IMG/VR virus record: IMGVR_UViG_3300032212_000702
Location: 1 to 25,672 of that record
Strand: one strand, 5' to 3'
Length of the DNA: 25,672 bases
Source of the DNA: a virus
Lineage: Duplodnaviria > Caudoviricetes
The notes below the pieces were generated by a model that saw nothing but the letters and a program-made list of their open reading frames with translations, did not search any database and was not told where the DNA came from. Shown one piece after another: positions 1-9,068 of this stretch. Each line of letters opens with the position of its first letter. The stretch's first letter is position 1. The position numbers were made by a program, and so were the translations under genes.

Positions 1-660
1 TCCTTTATCAATTAATAGTTTTTGTAGCTTCAAAACATTTAAAGCTATTGAAGCTACGGCATTAGTATTATTTAGAGCATTAAACACATCTTGAACCTCC
101 TGAGTTGATAAATTTGTGGCATTAGTAATTAAAGTTTGAATTGCTATTTTTTCGTTTTCTATTGCTATTAATTTGTTAGCAAGTTCACTACTAAGTAAGT
201 CTGCTTCTGTTTTAGATGGTATTGTGGAGACTAAATGTTCAATATCATCTTTTACTTGAGTCTCTTTTATTGTAATATTTCCTATAGCACTATCTTTTGC
301 AGTTGTAATAGCACCAGTTGAACTTAGTTCTTGAGATTGAATGCTATCAAGTGCATTTTGTGCAGCTTGAGAAATGTTTGCGCTAGCCGATGATATTGCC
401 TCTAGTGTTGATGTTTTGGCTTGATCTATTAGGCTAAGTGCATCATCTTTTAACTTTGTGATTTGAGTGATTTTATTATTAGTAAAATCATTGACTAACT
501 CTGTCAATTCGTCTTGAAAACCAGACAATTCCGTAATAAATGTTGGGATGGCACGTGCAAAATTAATTAGTTTTGTAAATGCTGTATCTATAGTTGAAAG
601 AAAATTGGCATCGGTTACTTTTGGTATGTCATCTACTGGGTCAAATGGTGTAAAATTCAT
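1..660 (-). CDS. Putative tail fibre/tail-tip protein, N-terminal part (runs off window); absent from ORF track
   Basis: ATG at 660-658 overlaps the upstream stop (TAATG); open for 220 codons to base 1 (MNFTPFDPVDDIPKVTDANF...); Ala/Ser/Thr-rich, helical; lies after tape measure and next tail gene. Confidence 0.7.
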   Translation of the reverse strand, partial: MNFTPFDPVDDIPKVTDANFLSTIDTAFTKLINFARAIPTFITELSGFQDELTELVNDFTNNKITQITKLKDDALSLIDQAKTSTLEAISSASANISQAAQNALDSIQSQELSSTGAITTAKDSAIGNITIKETQVKDDIEHLVSTIPSKTEADLLSSELANKLIAIENEKIAIQTLITNATNLSTQEVQDVFNALNNTNAVASIALNVLKLQKLLIDKG

Positions 661-1376
661 TATACTAATCCTTCTATTGAGATTTCTATTGTTGTGATTT
701 TTTCAGGAACTGCGGTTGCATTTCTTACTTTTCCGTAAGTTGTCATTTCAGGTGTTAATCCATCATCTCCTAAAATAAGTAAAGCTTTATCTCTAATTGA
801 TTTTAAGTGATTTATTGTAGGTGCTACCATTTCACGTGAGCATTGAATATTAAATTCAAGCATATCAGCCACATAGCCCTGTACTTCAGTTACAAACGAG
901 CCATCAGGATTTCGTTCGCTTCTTGTGTAATTTTCAAAACCTATATTTGCATCTCTTTGAGTTATGCCTACTTTTTTAGCCTCTCCAGCTATGAACATTC
1001 CAATCTCTACTGTATTAGCTGGATTTCTAACTGTTATCTCAAGAGTAGAATTAAATGTAAATGGCAATAACTGAATGAATTTATCATTAAAGCTAAAGCG
1101 ACCTCTTAGGTAGTCGTACCAAGTTGTTAGGCTATTTACCATAAGGCTAACATCATCAGTTGCAATTATTTCAGCTCCACTTTTTAGAGTATATTTGATG
1201 CTACTAGCTTTAAGATTTAAAAGAGCAAAGGCATCCATAGAGCTACTGTCTATTGTAAAAGTTATCTCATTTGCGAAACTGCCAAATGTGTGTAAAAAAC
1301 CATCTGTTATATAGCCCCATTGCACAGCATCAATAGAAGTTGTTACATTTAATGTTTGAGGATTTACATAGATCAT
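660..1376 (-). CDS. Putative tail-tip (distal tail-like) structural protein
   Basis: 238 aa, beta-rich, translationally coupled directly after the tape measure gene; function from position only. Confidence 0.6.
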   Translation of the reverse strand: MIYVNPQTLNVTTSIDAVQWGYITDGFLHTFGSFANEITFTIDSSSMDAFALLNLKASSIKYTLKSGAEIIATDDVSLMVNSLTTWYDYLRGRFSFNDKFIQLLPFTFNSTLEITVRNPANTVEIGMFIAGEAKKVGITQRDANIGFENYTRSERNPDGSFVTEVQGYVADMLEFNIQCSREMVAPTINHLKSIRDKALLILGDDGLTPEMTTYGKVRNATAVPEKITTIEISIEGLV

Positions 1377-4300
1377 ATTAAACCTCCAGCTTTAAGCTCT
1401 ATTGTTTTTAAGCGGATAAGTTCAGATGTTGCAGAGTACTCTTTTCTTTCAAACTTTAGGTTTTGATCAAAAAGATAAATCATACGGTCGAACTTATTTT
1501 CAATTCGCTTCATGCGAGCTTGCATCTTTTTATCTTCTATGACTTCATGAAAACGATTAAGTGGAATAATCGCTTCATCTCCAGCTTCACCAAAAACTCC
1601 AAGAGTTGCTTTAGTGGCAATTCCACCTTCTGCGAATGCGTGGATTTGCGGAGCCATGTTAAGAGGGGTTTGATTGCTTATTATGTCTAATGATGGTTGA
1701 AATTTTCCAACAGAAATATCTGTAATTGACATAACCATATTTTTAAGAACATCTTTAATGTGATCAATAATATATTGAAAAATACGTGCTGGGTTTTTGA
1801 AAAAGCTTGTTAAATATTCGAACTTATCACTTGACCAGCTAGACACATAATCTCCAACTTTAAAAAAGCCTTTTTTCATATTGTCAAATGATAATTGGTT
1901 CATATTTGTACCAAACTCACCATTTAAATCTGCAACATCAGTAATTTTATTAAATGCTTCTTTTGTACTTGAATATTTGCCATGAAGATTATCTACGATA
2001 TCACTTGGAAATTTTTTAATTGTCTCCCATGCAGTTAAGTCAGATGTTGGTAGTGAACCTGTTTTAATAAGTGATGATACTGCACTTCCAGCTCCAGCTA
2101 TCATTCCGCTTATCCCAGCACTTCCAAGGGCATCTTTTAAATTTCCACCACTAGCCAATGTCATACCAGCACTAGTTAAATCTGCTGTAAGCATTTCAGG
2201 AATTAATGCTGCACCCCATGGAGTCATAGCCATTCCAATTTGAGCTAAAAAACCAAGAGCTGGATTTTTCATTAATGGTTTGAGAACTGGGCTTGCTATT
2301 TTCCAAAGAACTTTACCAATTTTTGAAATTATTTTTTTTACAAAACTAAAAATCTTTTTAAATGGTTTAGCAATTTTGCCAAGTATCCCACCACCTTTAA
2401 GCCCAAACACTCCATCAGTCATTGAAAGTTGTGCGCTTTCAATGTTTGAACCACTAAGTCCACTTGGTGCGTGACCATTTGCAAAATTACCCAGTCTTGC
2501 ACCACTTATTAACATGCTAACAATGTCACTATTTGCTTCAACTGCACTTCTTGGAATTACAGCTTCCCCCGGACTAATTAATGCAGGGATTGTGTCATTT
2601 CTAAGGTCATCACCATAAAAAGGAGAATTACCACTAACTACACCGTAGTTTCCATTTCCCCAAATTGTTCCCTCTGAAAATTTTAAAAATGGGATATCCA
2701 CCTTAAAAAGTTTCTCTACAAAACCTTTTTCACTATTTTCCCAGCCATCAGCCCAACTATTGTTAAACACCATTGTTAAAGCATTTTTAGCCATGCTTAC
2801 ACCAAGGTCTTTTACACCATCTATGATGCTTCCTGTAGTCCCATCAAACGATGTCACAATATTTGCAAAACGGTTAGAAAAATCTATGCCTATTTTAGTG
2901 AGACCACCTTTACGAGAAGTAAGTGTGTCTGATAACCCTAATGTTTTTTCATTAATACTGTTTGTTAAAGAGCCAAAAGCCGTGTCAATTCCTGTAAAAC
3001 CTAAACCATATTTTCTTCCAATTTCTGTAACAGAAGCATCATAAATTTTCTCTTGAGTTAAGGTTTCAGCTTTTGCTTTTTGACTCTTTTTTTCTTCTAA
3101 ATCTGAATATTTTTTATAGGCAATATCACCAAGTGTCGCAAGTGCCTCGTTTTTCTTTTTTTCATTTTTAATAGTTTTATTAATCTCTTTGACCTGAGCA
3201 TTAGTCCAGTCATTTAATTTTTCAACTTTTGTCTTAAAGTAGTCGTCATGCATTTTATTTAAATGTTTTAATAGTTCAGTTTCTGCTTTTTCTTGCTGTT
3301 TTAACATAGAATCATTAGCACGCTTAATTGCTTCAGATTTACGTTTAGTCTCTTTAATAGCATGGTCAGTTGCAGATGTTACAATTTTTTTACCATCACT
3401 TAGTAACTTCTGATATGTAGTTGTTCTTTTAATATTATCTTCAATTCTTTTAAGCAAGATTGCCTTTTTCTCAGCATCTAGTTTTTCATTTGCAATAATT
3501 GCTTTTTTAGCATCAAGCAAACCTTCAAGTGCAGATTTACTTTTGTTTAATGCCACACCTTGAGCTGTAACTGCTGAATTTAGATTTTTTGTTTTTTCTT
3601 CTGCATTTTCACTTTCACTTGAAAAATATGTATATGCAGCAGTAGCTGCTGTTAGTGCTATTCCTATTGGGTTAGCTTTTAAAAGATTTAATGCTCCACT
3701 TAATAGTCTTACTTTAGTTACAGCTCCTAAAGCTCCAGCGCCCATTCCAATAAATCCACTACTCATAGAAGTTAAAAAACCAATCCATGAGCTTACTCTC
3801 CAAACTGCAAAAGCAGCTCCAACTGTTTTGACTGCACTTACCATGCTTGAAATTGCACTTTTGTTTGTATCTATCCATGTTTTCATAGATTGCAAGGCAG
3901 ATGATGCTGAATCTAACCAGCCTTTTAAATCTTCTTTCATTAAGTCAAATATAGAAAGGAGTACTCCCTCAGCTGCTGAACTAACAGAGTCCATTGAAGC
4001 ACCAACACCGCTTCGCATAATCTCAGCCATATCGGTTGCTGCACCTTTTGCATTTTCTAATGAAGTTGTATAATTTTCAAGCCCAGTTTTACCCTCTTTA
4101 AGTAAAACAATAGCTCCACTCATTGCTTCAGTTCCAAAAATGTTTTTTAGGGCGTTAGCTTTAGCGGTTTGACTAAGACCCTGCATTTTAGAATTTAATA
4201 TTCCAACAATATCGCTAAGTGGTCTAAGCTCTCCGTTTTTATTGGATAAATCACTAACGCTAATGCTAAGAGCATTTAGTGAATCTTTTGCTGTTTTTGT

Positions 4301-5044
4301 TGGTGCTGCTAAAGAGTTAAGCATAGTTCTCATTGTAGTACCTGCTTGCTCACCTTTAATCCCAGCATTAGAAAGTGACATAATTGATGCGGTTGCCTCT
4401 TCTAAACTAACACCTAATCCACTTGCAATTGGTGCAACGTATTTCATTGCATTTCCAAGCTCTGGAATATTAGTATTTGCGCTAGTTGTAGCTTTTGCCA
4501 TGACATCAACAATTCTTGCGGTCTCTTCTGTATTCATTGAAAACCCGCTTAAGATATTTGAGGCAATATCTGAAGCTACCCCTAAATCTGTCATTCCTAC
4601 AGTCGCTAAATCCATAACGCTATTAACTGAACCAAGTATCTGCTCAGTGTTAAAACCAGCCATAGATAAGAAGTCCATGCCCTCTGCAACTTGCTTACTT
4701 GAAAATTCAGTTGAGCTTCCTAGCTCTTTAGCTTTAGTTGTAAGTGCATCAAACTCAGTACTTGTTGCACCTGTTTTTGCTTTAACGCTAAGCATTGTAC
4801 GTTCAAAGTCTGCACCAGTTGTAATAATAGAACGTAAAGCTTTTTCAAGACCAATACCTGCAAGTGCGCCAGCTGCTAAACTTTTAATAGATGGAAGAAA
4901 ATTGTCAAATGACCTCTTTAATCCGTCTACACCTTTTTTAGCAGAATTACTTTTATTTTTTAAAGAGGAGAGTTTTTGATTAACAACTTCAAGCTTGCCC
5001 GTTTTAGCGTTAAAAGCTATTTGAATATTTAATGACTTTTGCAT
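1373..5044 (-). CDS. Tail tape measure protein (TP901-family core)
   Basis: TP901-type core (FERTMLSVKAKTGAT...MDFLSMAGF...NAGIKGEQAGT), hydrophobic segments, coiled coils, C-terminal FAEGG...GEAGDEAIIPL motif; start moved to ATG 5044 (MQKSL) because AGGAGAG lies just upstream and the track start is inside the 90-bp repeat. Confidence 0.93.
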   Translation of the reverse strand: MQKSLNIQIAFNAKTGKLEVVNQKLSSLKNKSNSAKKGVDGLKRSFDNFLPSIKSLAAGALAGIGLEKALRSIITTGADFERTMLSVKAKTGATSTEFDALTTKAKELGSSTEFSSKQVAEGMDFLSMAGFNTEQILGSVNSVMDLATVGMTDLGVASDIASNILSGFSMNTEETARIVDVMAKATTSANTNIPELGNAMKYVAPIASGLGVSLEEATASIMSLSNAGIKGEQAGTTMRTMLNSLAAPTKTAKDSLNALSISVSDLSNKNGELRPLSDIVGILNSKMQGLSQTAKANALKNIFGTEAMSGAIVLLKEGKTGLENYTTSLENAKGAATDMAEIMRSGVGASMDSVSSAAEGVLLSIFDLMKEDLKGWLDSASSALQSMKTWIDTNKSAISSMVSAVKTVGAAFAVWRVSSWIGFLTSMSSGFIGMGAGALGAVTKVRLLSGALNLLKANPIGIALTAATAAYTYFSSESENAEEKTKNLNSAVTAQGVALNKSKSALEGLLDAKKAIIANEKLDAEKKAILLKRIEDNIKRTTTYQKLLSDGKKIVTSATDHAIKETKRKSEAIKRANDSMLKQQEKAETELLKHLNKMHDDYFKTKVEKLNDWTNAQVKEINKTIKNEKKKNEALATLGDIAYKKYSDLEEKKSQKAKAETLTQEKIYDASVTEIGRKYGLGFTGIDTAFGSLTNSINEKTLGLSDTLTSRKGGLTKIGIDFSNRFANIVTSFDGTTGSIIDGVKDLGVSMAKNALTMVFNNSWADGWENSEKGFVEKLFKVDIPFLKFSEGTIWGNGNYGVVSGNSPFYGDDLRNDTIPALISPGEAVIPRSAVEANSDIVSMLISGARLGNFANGHAPSGLSGSNIESAQLSMTDGVFGLKGGGILGKIAKPFKKIFSFVKKIISKIGKVLWKIASPVLKPLMKNPALGFLAQIGMAMTPWGAALIPEMLTADLTSAGMTLASGGNLKDALGSAGISGMIAGAGSAVSSLIKTGSLPTSDLTAWETIKKFPSDIVDNLHGKYSSTKEAFNKITDVADLNGEFGTNMNQLSFDNMKKGFFKVGDYVSSWSSDKFEYLTSFFKNPARIFQYIIDHIKDVLKNMVMSITDISVGKFQPSLDIISNQTPLNMAPQIHAFAEGGIATKATLGVFGEAGDEAIIPLNRFHEVIEDKKMQARMKRIENKFDRMIYLFDQNLKFERKEYSATSELIRLKTIELKAGGLI

Positions 5045-5065
5045 CAATCTCTCCTTTTTTATTAA

Positions 5066-5155
5066 TTTATACGCTTTATGAGCAAAGCCCATAAAACTAC
5101 TCTAACGCTGAGTTTTCTTCAGCAGAAAGCTCACGCATGGCAAAGCCATGACTTA
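5066..5155 (-). repeat. 90-bp structured repeat, copy 1 (three hairpins), directly upstream of tape measure RBS
   Basis: 83/90 identical to 11199-11288 by manual alignment. Confidence 0.95.
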
Positions 5156-5173
5156 TTTAGTATCTTTTGTCTT

Positions 5174-5781
5174 TCAGTCTGTCTTAGTATCTTTCATCTG
5201 TTTCTTTAACGCAATTGCATCGTTTTGTAAAAGACTACAGACTTCAAAAACTTCTAACTCATCTAGTTCATACTTAAAACAATATTTTTCTATAAATCTA
5301 TATTCAAGATTTGGAGATGTTAAAAAGCATCTTGCTATTAATATCTCTTCATCATCTTCTAAAAAAATAAAACCTTGCTCTAGTAAAAACTCTTTTTCTT
5401 CATCATCCTTTGCACTAATAGCCTCGCCCTCTGTAATAGTCTGCTTAACCCATGCACGGATGTTCTCTACTTTTTTACGCCTTCTGCCTGTACTAAATCA
5501 TTCGCCCACTGAATAAACTCATACGCATCTGCATTATGAACAGCTTCAAGAAATTCTTTTTTAGTTTTAGGGTTTTCATGCGAAATATTACGCTCTAAGG
5601 CTTCATTCATTAAAATTAAACTTTTACCCTGTAAGCCATTTTCTAAAGCTGTAACTGCTTCAAGAGACTCTTTAGAGCTTGGTGCGGTATATGTAAACGT
5701 CTCTAATTTTTCGTTAACCTCAAAATCAAAATTAACCTGTTTACGCTTTGCTGTGAATACTTTATTTTGTTTATTTGCCAT
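5174..5781 (-). CDS. Tail assembly chaperone, long form (gpGT-like) made by -1 ribosomal frameshift
   Basis: Slippery A AAA AAG at 5476-5470 just before TAG; the -1 frame is open for 98 codons (VENIRAWVKQTITEGEAIS...KDTKTD) to TGA at 5176-5174; lies between tail tube and tape measure. Confidence 0.85.
5467..5781 (-). CDS. Tail assembly chaperone, short form (gpG-like)
   Basis: 104 aa; canonical position and ends in the slippery heptamer. Confidence 0.85.
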   Translation of the reverse strand: MANKQNKVFTAKRKQVNFDFEVNEKLETFTYTAPSSKESLEAVTALENGLQGKSLILMNEALERNISHENPKTKKEFLEAVHNADAYEFIQWANDLVQAEGVKK

Positions 5782-6187
5782 TTTTTACTTTCCTTTTGTA
5801 GATTATTTTTGTATGCGTTTTACTAACTATCAAACAGTTCTTATTAAAATTAGAACCAATGTGTGGATTATTTAATTCCATTTCAAGATAGATGAAATCT
5901 CCACTTACATGTGCCGTTGCCATCTTCCATAACCAAAAAGATAGATGACGATTTTTTGCTATTGTCTCTATCCAGTAGGTATCTAACCATGTTCTTCCTA
6001 GTCTGCTTTGTACAGCTGCAATACCGATAATTCTATTATCTGTGTCTTTAGCGATGTAACAGTGTTTAAAACTTAAATCATATACATCTTTGATACGTGC
6101 AGATTTTAAAATATCTTTTGGTATCTCACTAAGTGGACTTAGTTTATATATCAAGAAAATAATCCAGATAAAAGTTATCAGCTCCAT
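5771..6187 (-). CDS. GNAT-fold acetyltransferase-like protein (start uncertain, possibly TTG near the tail tube stop)
   Basis: Pattern YIAKD..RIIGIAAV / WLDTYWI...KNRHLSFWL / IYLEMELNN resembles degenerate GNAT motifs A and B; fills the gap between tail tube and chaperone. Confidence 0.55.
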   Translation of the reverse strand: MELITFIWIIFLIYKLSPLSEIPKDILKSARIKDVYDLSFKHCYIAKDTDNRIIGIAAVQSRLGRTWLDTYWIETIAKNRHLSFWLWKMATAHVSGDFIYLEMELNNPHIGSNFNKNCLIVSKTHTKIIYKRKVKNGK

Positions 6188-7406
6188 TTATAGTGCGACA
6201 TCTATAGTTTTTAGTGCAATTGAGTCTTCCCTCACTATCTTCTAGTGATGTTGCTTCGTTATATGTTGCTTTAGGAATTACAATACGATACTTTGGTTTT
6301 TTCGCTAAATTCACCATTAACAGTTCCATCTTAAAAGCTTTAGAAGCTATCAAATCATCAAATCCAGCTTTAGTGTCTTTAGTCATACGTGCGCCAATTT
6401 TAAGAGTTGGTGCAAAATCTGTAATGTCAAAACCGTTACTTTCAGAACTTTTATCTTGACTTATAACATTGCCCATATTAAGTTCAAAACTTTTAAGTCC
6501 AATGCTATTGCCATCTTCAGTTAGTACAGTTGCTAGACCTAAGACAATGAACTCATTAGCAGTTGCTAAAGATAATGAATTATCAGGTGCGGTTGCATCA
6601 AGCTCTATTGTTTTATTTAAACCAGCTGAACATGAAAAAGTACTATTAACACGTCCATCAATTTCACCTGTTAGTGTTAAGTTTGAAACTGCTCCAACGC
6701 CTTGAAAAGTTAAGCGTTTCATAACAACATCAATTGAAGCTTTTTTAGTTTGCGATAATGTTGGATAACGTCTTGTTCCAATTTGTGTATCTAAAGCATT
6801 CCAAGCTGAACCATCATAGCTTTGTACAGTTGAGCCATTAATCCAAATATCTCCACTTGCTGGGGTTGCTGGTGTTGTGGCACCATTAGTGATTGTTACA
6901 GTGCTACCATTAGCATAAGTACCATCTGTAACATATTTTAAAAATAGTTGTCTAACTTCAATACTTACATCAATTAAACCAGTTGCACTTTGGACTTGTA
7001 CAGTTAAATTTGCTGTATCTACCCATATATTGCCGTTTACTGTAGCTGGGTCAGCGTCTGCAAAAATTACATCAATGTTAGAGCCACTTGCTACAATCAA
7101 CGGTAAAACAAAGGCTTCATTTATAGGTGTTGATGCTAAAGAACAAATATCAAGCAAAGTTTCAATTGGTGCTATATCTGTTTGAAGTGAAGATTTAATC
7201 TCAATGGGTAATTTTGCAAAATCTGCACTAAATACCTCACTATCCATTCCACCCTCAAGCGATGATGGTTTAACATCAATCTTTGTATATTCTGATTTTG
7301 GAAGAACTTTTTCTTCAGTATATACATTTTTAGTTGGCGTAACATAGGCATCACTAGGTTGAGCTACGATTTTTACAGCACTTTTTGAAAGAATTGAATT
7401 AGCCAT
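6144..7406 (-). CDS. Major tail (tube) protein with inserted accessory domain
   Basis: 420 aa; tube-like C-terminal half (LKSFELNMGNVIS...FDITDFAPTLKI...IVIPKATY); located upstream of chaperone and tape measure. Confidence 0.8.
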   Translation of the reverse strand: MANSILSKSAVKIVAQPSDAYVTPTKNVYTEEKVLPKSEYTKIDVKPSSLEGGMDSEVFSADFAKLPIEIKSSLQTDIAPIETLLDICSLASTPINEAFVLPLIVASGSNIDVIFADADPATVNGNIWVDTANLTVQVQSATGLIDVSIEVRQLFLKYVTDGTYANGSTVTITNGATTPATPASGDIWINGSTVQSYDGSAWNALDTQIGTRRYPTLSQTKKASIDVVMKRLTFQGVGAVSNLTLTGEIDGRVNSTFSCSAGLNKTIELDATAPDNSLSLATANEFIVLGLATVLTEDGNSIGLKSFELNMGNVISQDKSSESNGFDITDFAPTLKIGARMTKDTKAGFDDLIASKAFKMELLMVNLAKKPKYRIVIPKATYNEATSLEDSEGRLNCTKNYRCRTINGADNFYLDYFLDI

Positions 7407-7669
7407 TATTTAGCACCTGTTACACGTTCAAGTAGATACTCTTGACCAAACTTTCTAGCAACATTTCTAAGCTCGTCATGTGTAATGTTTCCATCTTTAT
7501 AAGACAGATAAGCCTCTCTTACTTCTGGTTTGGCATTTTTATATGCTTTAACTGCTGTCGATGTAACTTTTTTGACATATTCAATTTCACCTTCTGTACA
7601 ACCATTAAATATAGTTATTATTACAGCCAATCCTGTAATCATCATTAAATTTTTTTTAATACTTGTCAT
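7406..7669 (-). CDS. Small lipoprotein (candidate o-spanin or lysis accessory)
   Basis: Basic N-terminus, hydrophobic stretch and lipobox IFNG-C at Cys24. Confidence 0.65.
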   Translation of the reverse strand: MTSIKKNLMMITGLAVIITIFNGCTEGEIEYVKKVTSTAVKAYKNAKPEVREAYLSYKDGNITHDELRNVARKFGQEYLLERVTGAK

Positions 7670-8130
7670 AATCTCGCTCCTGTTTTGAAATTAAAGAATT
7701 TAGCACCATGACGGCGCACCTCAAGGTAGTAAACAAATGCCCAAAATTCATAATATATGCGTTTAAAACCTTTTGCTTCAGAACGTACAATTGATTTTTT
7801 CATTCCCTCATAAAACTTTTTGTCCAGTTGCTTACGTCTAATTTTATTACCACCATACGCATAGCCCCAATCGTGTTCACCACAATCCTCGCCAAAAATA
7901 AACTTTGGAGGATTAATAAGTGAGCCACTGCCACCACATCCATTTGCAACCAACATTTTTTCAATAGTACTTAGTTGTGAGTATGGTTTGTACAGCTCAT
8001 TTAATAGATTCTCTTTTATAGAGTTTAAATCATTTTGAGTAATACTTTGAATACTATTTTTCATGTCTTTATGAAAACGCTCCATTAAGTTGTCAATATC
8101 TTCTTGTTTTACTTTTCTTAAATCAATCAT
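7666..8130 (-). CDS. Phospholipase A2-like protein
   Basis: NGCG motif followed by CGEHDWGY (CxxHDxxY) and later R..LD..F, the signature pattern of the PLA2 fold. Confidence 0.7.
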   Translation of the reverse strand: MIDLRKVKQEDIDNLMERFHKDMKNSIQSITQNDLNSIKENLLNELYKPYSQLSTIEKMLVANGCGGSGSLINPPKFIFGEDCGEHDWGYAYGGNKIRRKQLDKKFYEGMKKSIVRSEAKGFKRIYYEFWAFVYYLEVRRHGAKFFNFKTGARL

Positions 8131-8451
8131 TTATGGTTCCTTTCTCTTAAGATGAATAAGAATTTTATTAAGCGAATTATCCATACGCTTCATTTGTTCG
8201 TTAAGATTGTCAAATTGCGCGGTAAATAATTCTTTAGAAACATATTTTGCGTCTGCCATGTCTCTACGAAGTCTTTCAGTTACAGCTTGTCTGATAGTAC
8301 GAATATCAGTTACACATTTTTCAATAGACTTTTTATTTTCTTCAATTGCTAGTTTGTCATGTTCAACTTGCCCTTGAAGTGTCGCAAATGTTGCTACTAG
8401 TAAAATAAATCCAAATACTGCTTGAGAATATTGTTCAACTAACTTATTCAT
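8131..8451 (-). CDS. Single-TM membrane protein with coiled coil (holin-like or i-spanin-like)
   Basis: N-terminal TM segment AVFGFILLVATFATL followed by a heptad-rich helix; ATG at 8451 overlaps upstream TGA. Confidence 0.55.
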   Translation of the reverse strand: MNKLVEQYSQAVFGFILLVATFATLQGQVEHDKLAIEENKKSIEKCVTDIRTIRQAVTERLRRDMADAKYVSKELFTAQFDNLNEQMKRMDNSLNKILIHLKRKEP

Positions 8452-8750
8452 CAATCTAATCCCACTTCTGCTTCAACTAAAAGCATCTCTTCAGGGTGCG
8501 TACCATTAAGACGAGGTTCACTTCCAATAGGATTTAAACCAGCTCCTTTAATTCGTTCTTCAACTATTGCCCTGAAAATATCTTCATTCACTAATTCACC
8601 ATAAACCAAAATAACGCCAAGAATAATCACCCACCTTGCATCATTTACACGCTTGCGACGGTGGCGAACTATCTTAAAGTTATTCGTATGAGCTGAAACT
8701 ATTGCTTGTAATACAACTTCAGGCTCACTCTCATTTATGTAGCGTCCCAT
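8451..8750 (-). CDS. Hypothetical virion protein (possible tail completion/terminator)
   Basis: 99 aa, coupled within the head-to-tail gene run; function from position only. Confidence 0.5.
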   Translation of the reverse strand: MGRYINESEPEVVLQAIVSAHTNNFKIVRHRRKRVNDARWVIILGVILVYGELVNEDIFRAIVEERIKGAGLNPIGSEPRLNGTHPEEMLLVEAEVGLD

Positions 8751-9067
8751 GCTAATTCCTCATTTCCTGTTGTATCACTTGGCATTGCACTATCTGCTCT
8801 ATCTAAGCAGTACTCTTGAAACTGTTTTAAATCTTTAAATGTCTGAAGCGTCTCATCCATTTCATTTACATTCTTTTGAAGTAAAAGCCAAAGAGCAGGA
8901 GAGACGTAATAAATAGTTCTCCAGCCAACAGCTTCAAGTTCTTGCGTGCCATCTTCAAACGTTACATCTTTTGTATCAAACAAAGCACGGTTAAGATGAG
9001 GCTCAATTGCCTCATCACTTAAATCTGCTAGTGCTAAAAGAGTACGAACGTCTGTTACTGTTGTCAT
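8735..9067 (-). CDS. Putative head-tail connector/adaptor
   Basis: 110 aa acidic helical protein right after capsid; N-terminus MTTVTDVRTLL...LSDEAIEPHLNRA is typical of adaptor proteins. Confidence 0.65.
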   Translation of the reverse strand: MTTVTDVRTLLALADLSDEAIEPHLNRALFDTKDVTFEDGTQELEAVGWRTIYYVSPALWLLLQKNVNEMDETLQTFKDLKQFQEYCLDRADSAMPSDTTGNEELAWDAT

Positions 9068-9068
9068 A

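Noticed and set aside
5045-5092. Extended tape measure start (MGFAHKAY...) given in the ORF track
   Set aside because: That ATG lies inside the 90-bp repeat; the AGGAGAG RBS points to ATG 5044
5066-5155. 90-bp repeat as a c-di-GMP-I riboswitch (GCAAAGCC on the plus strand) or as a CRISPR repeat
   Set aside because: The motif is on the strand opposite the downstream genes and the rest of the aptamer is not evident; only two copies 6 kb apart, with no spacers or cas genes
843-5516. Plus-strand ORFs opposite the tail genes, including 245 aa at 4242-4979 and 122 aa at 5148-5516
   Set aside because: Antisense shadows of the tape measure and chaperone frames; no recognisable motifs
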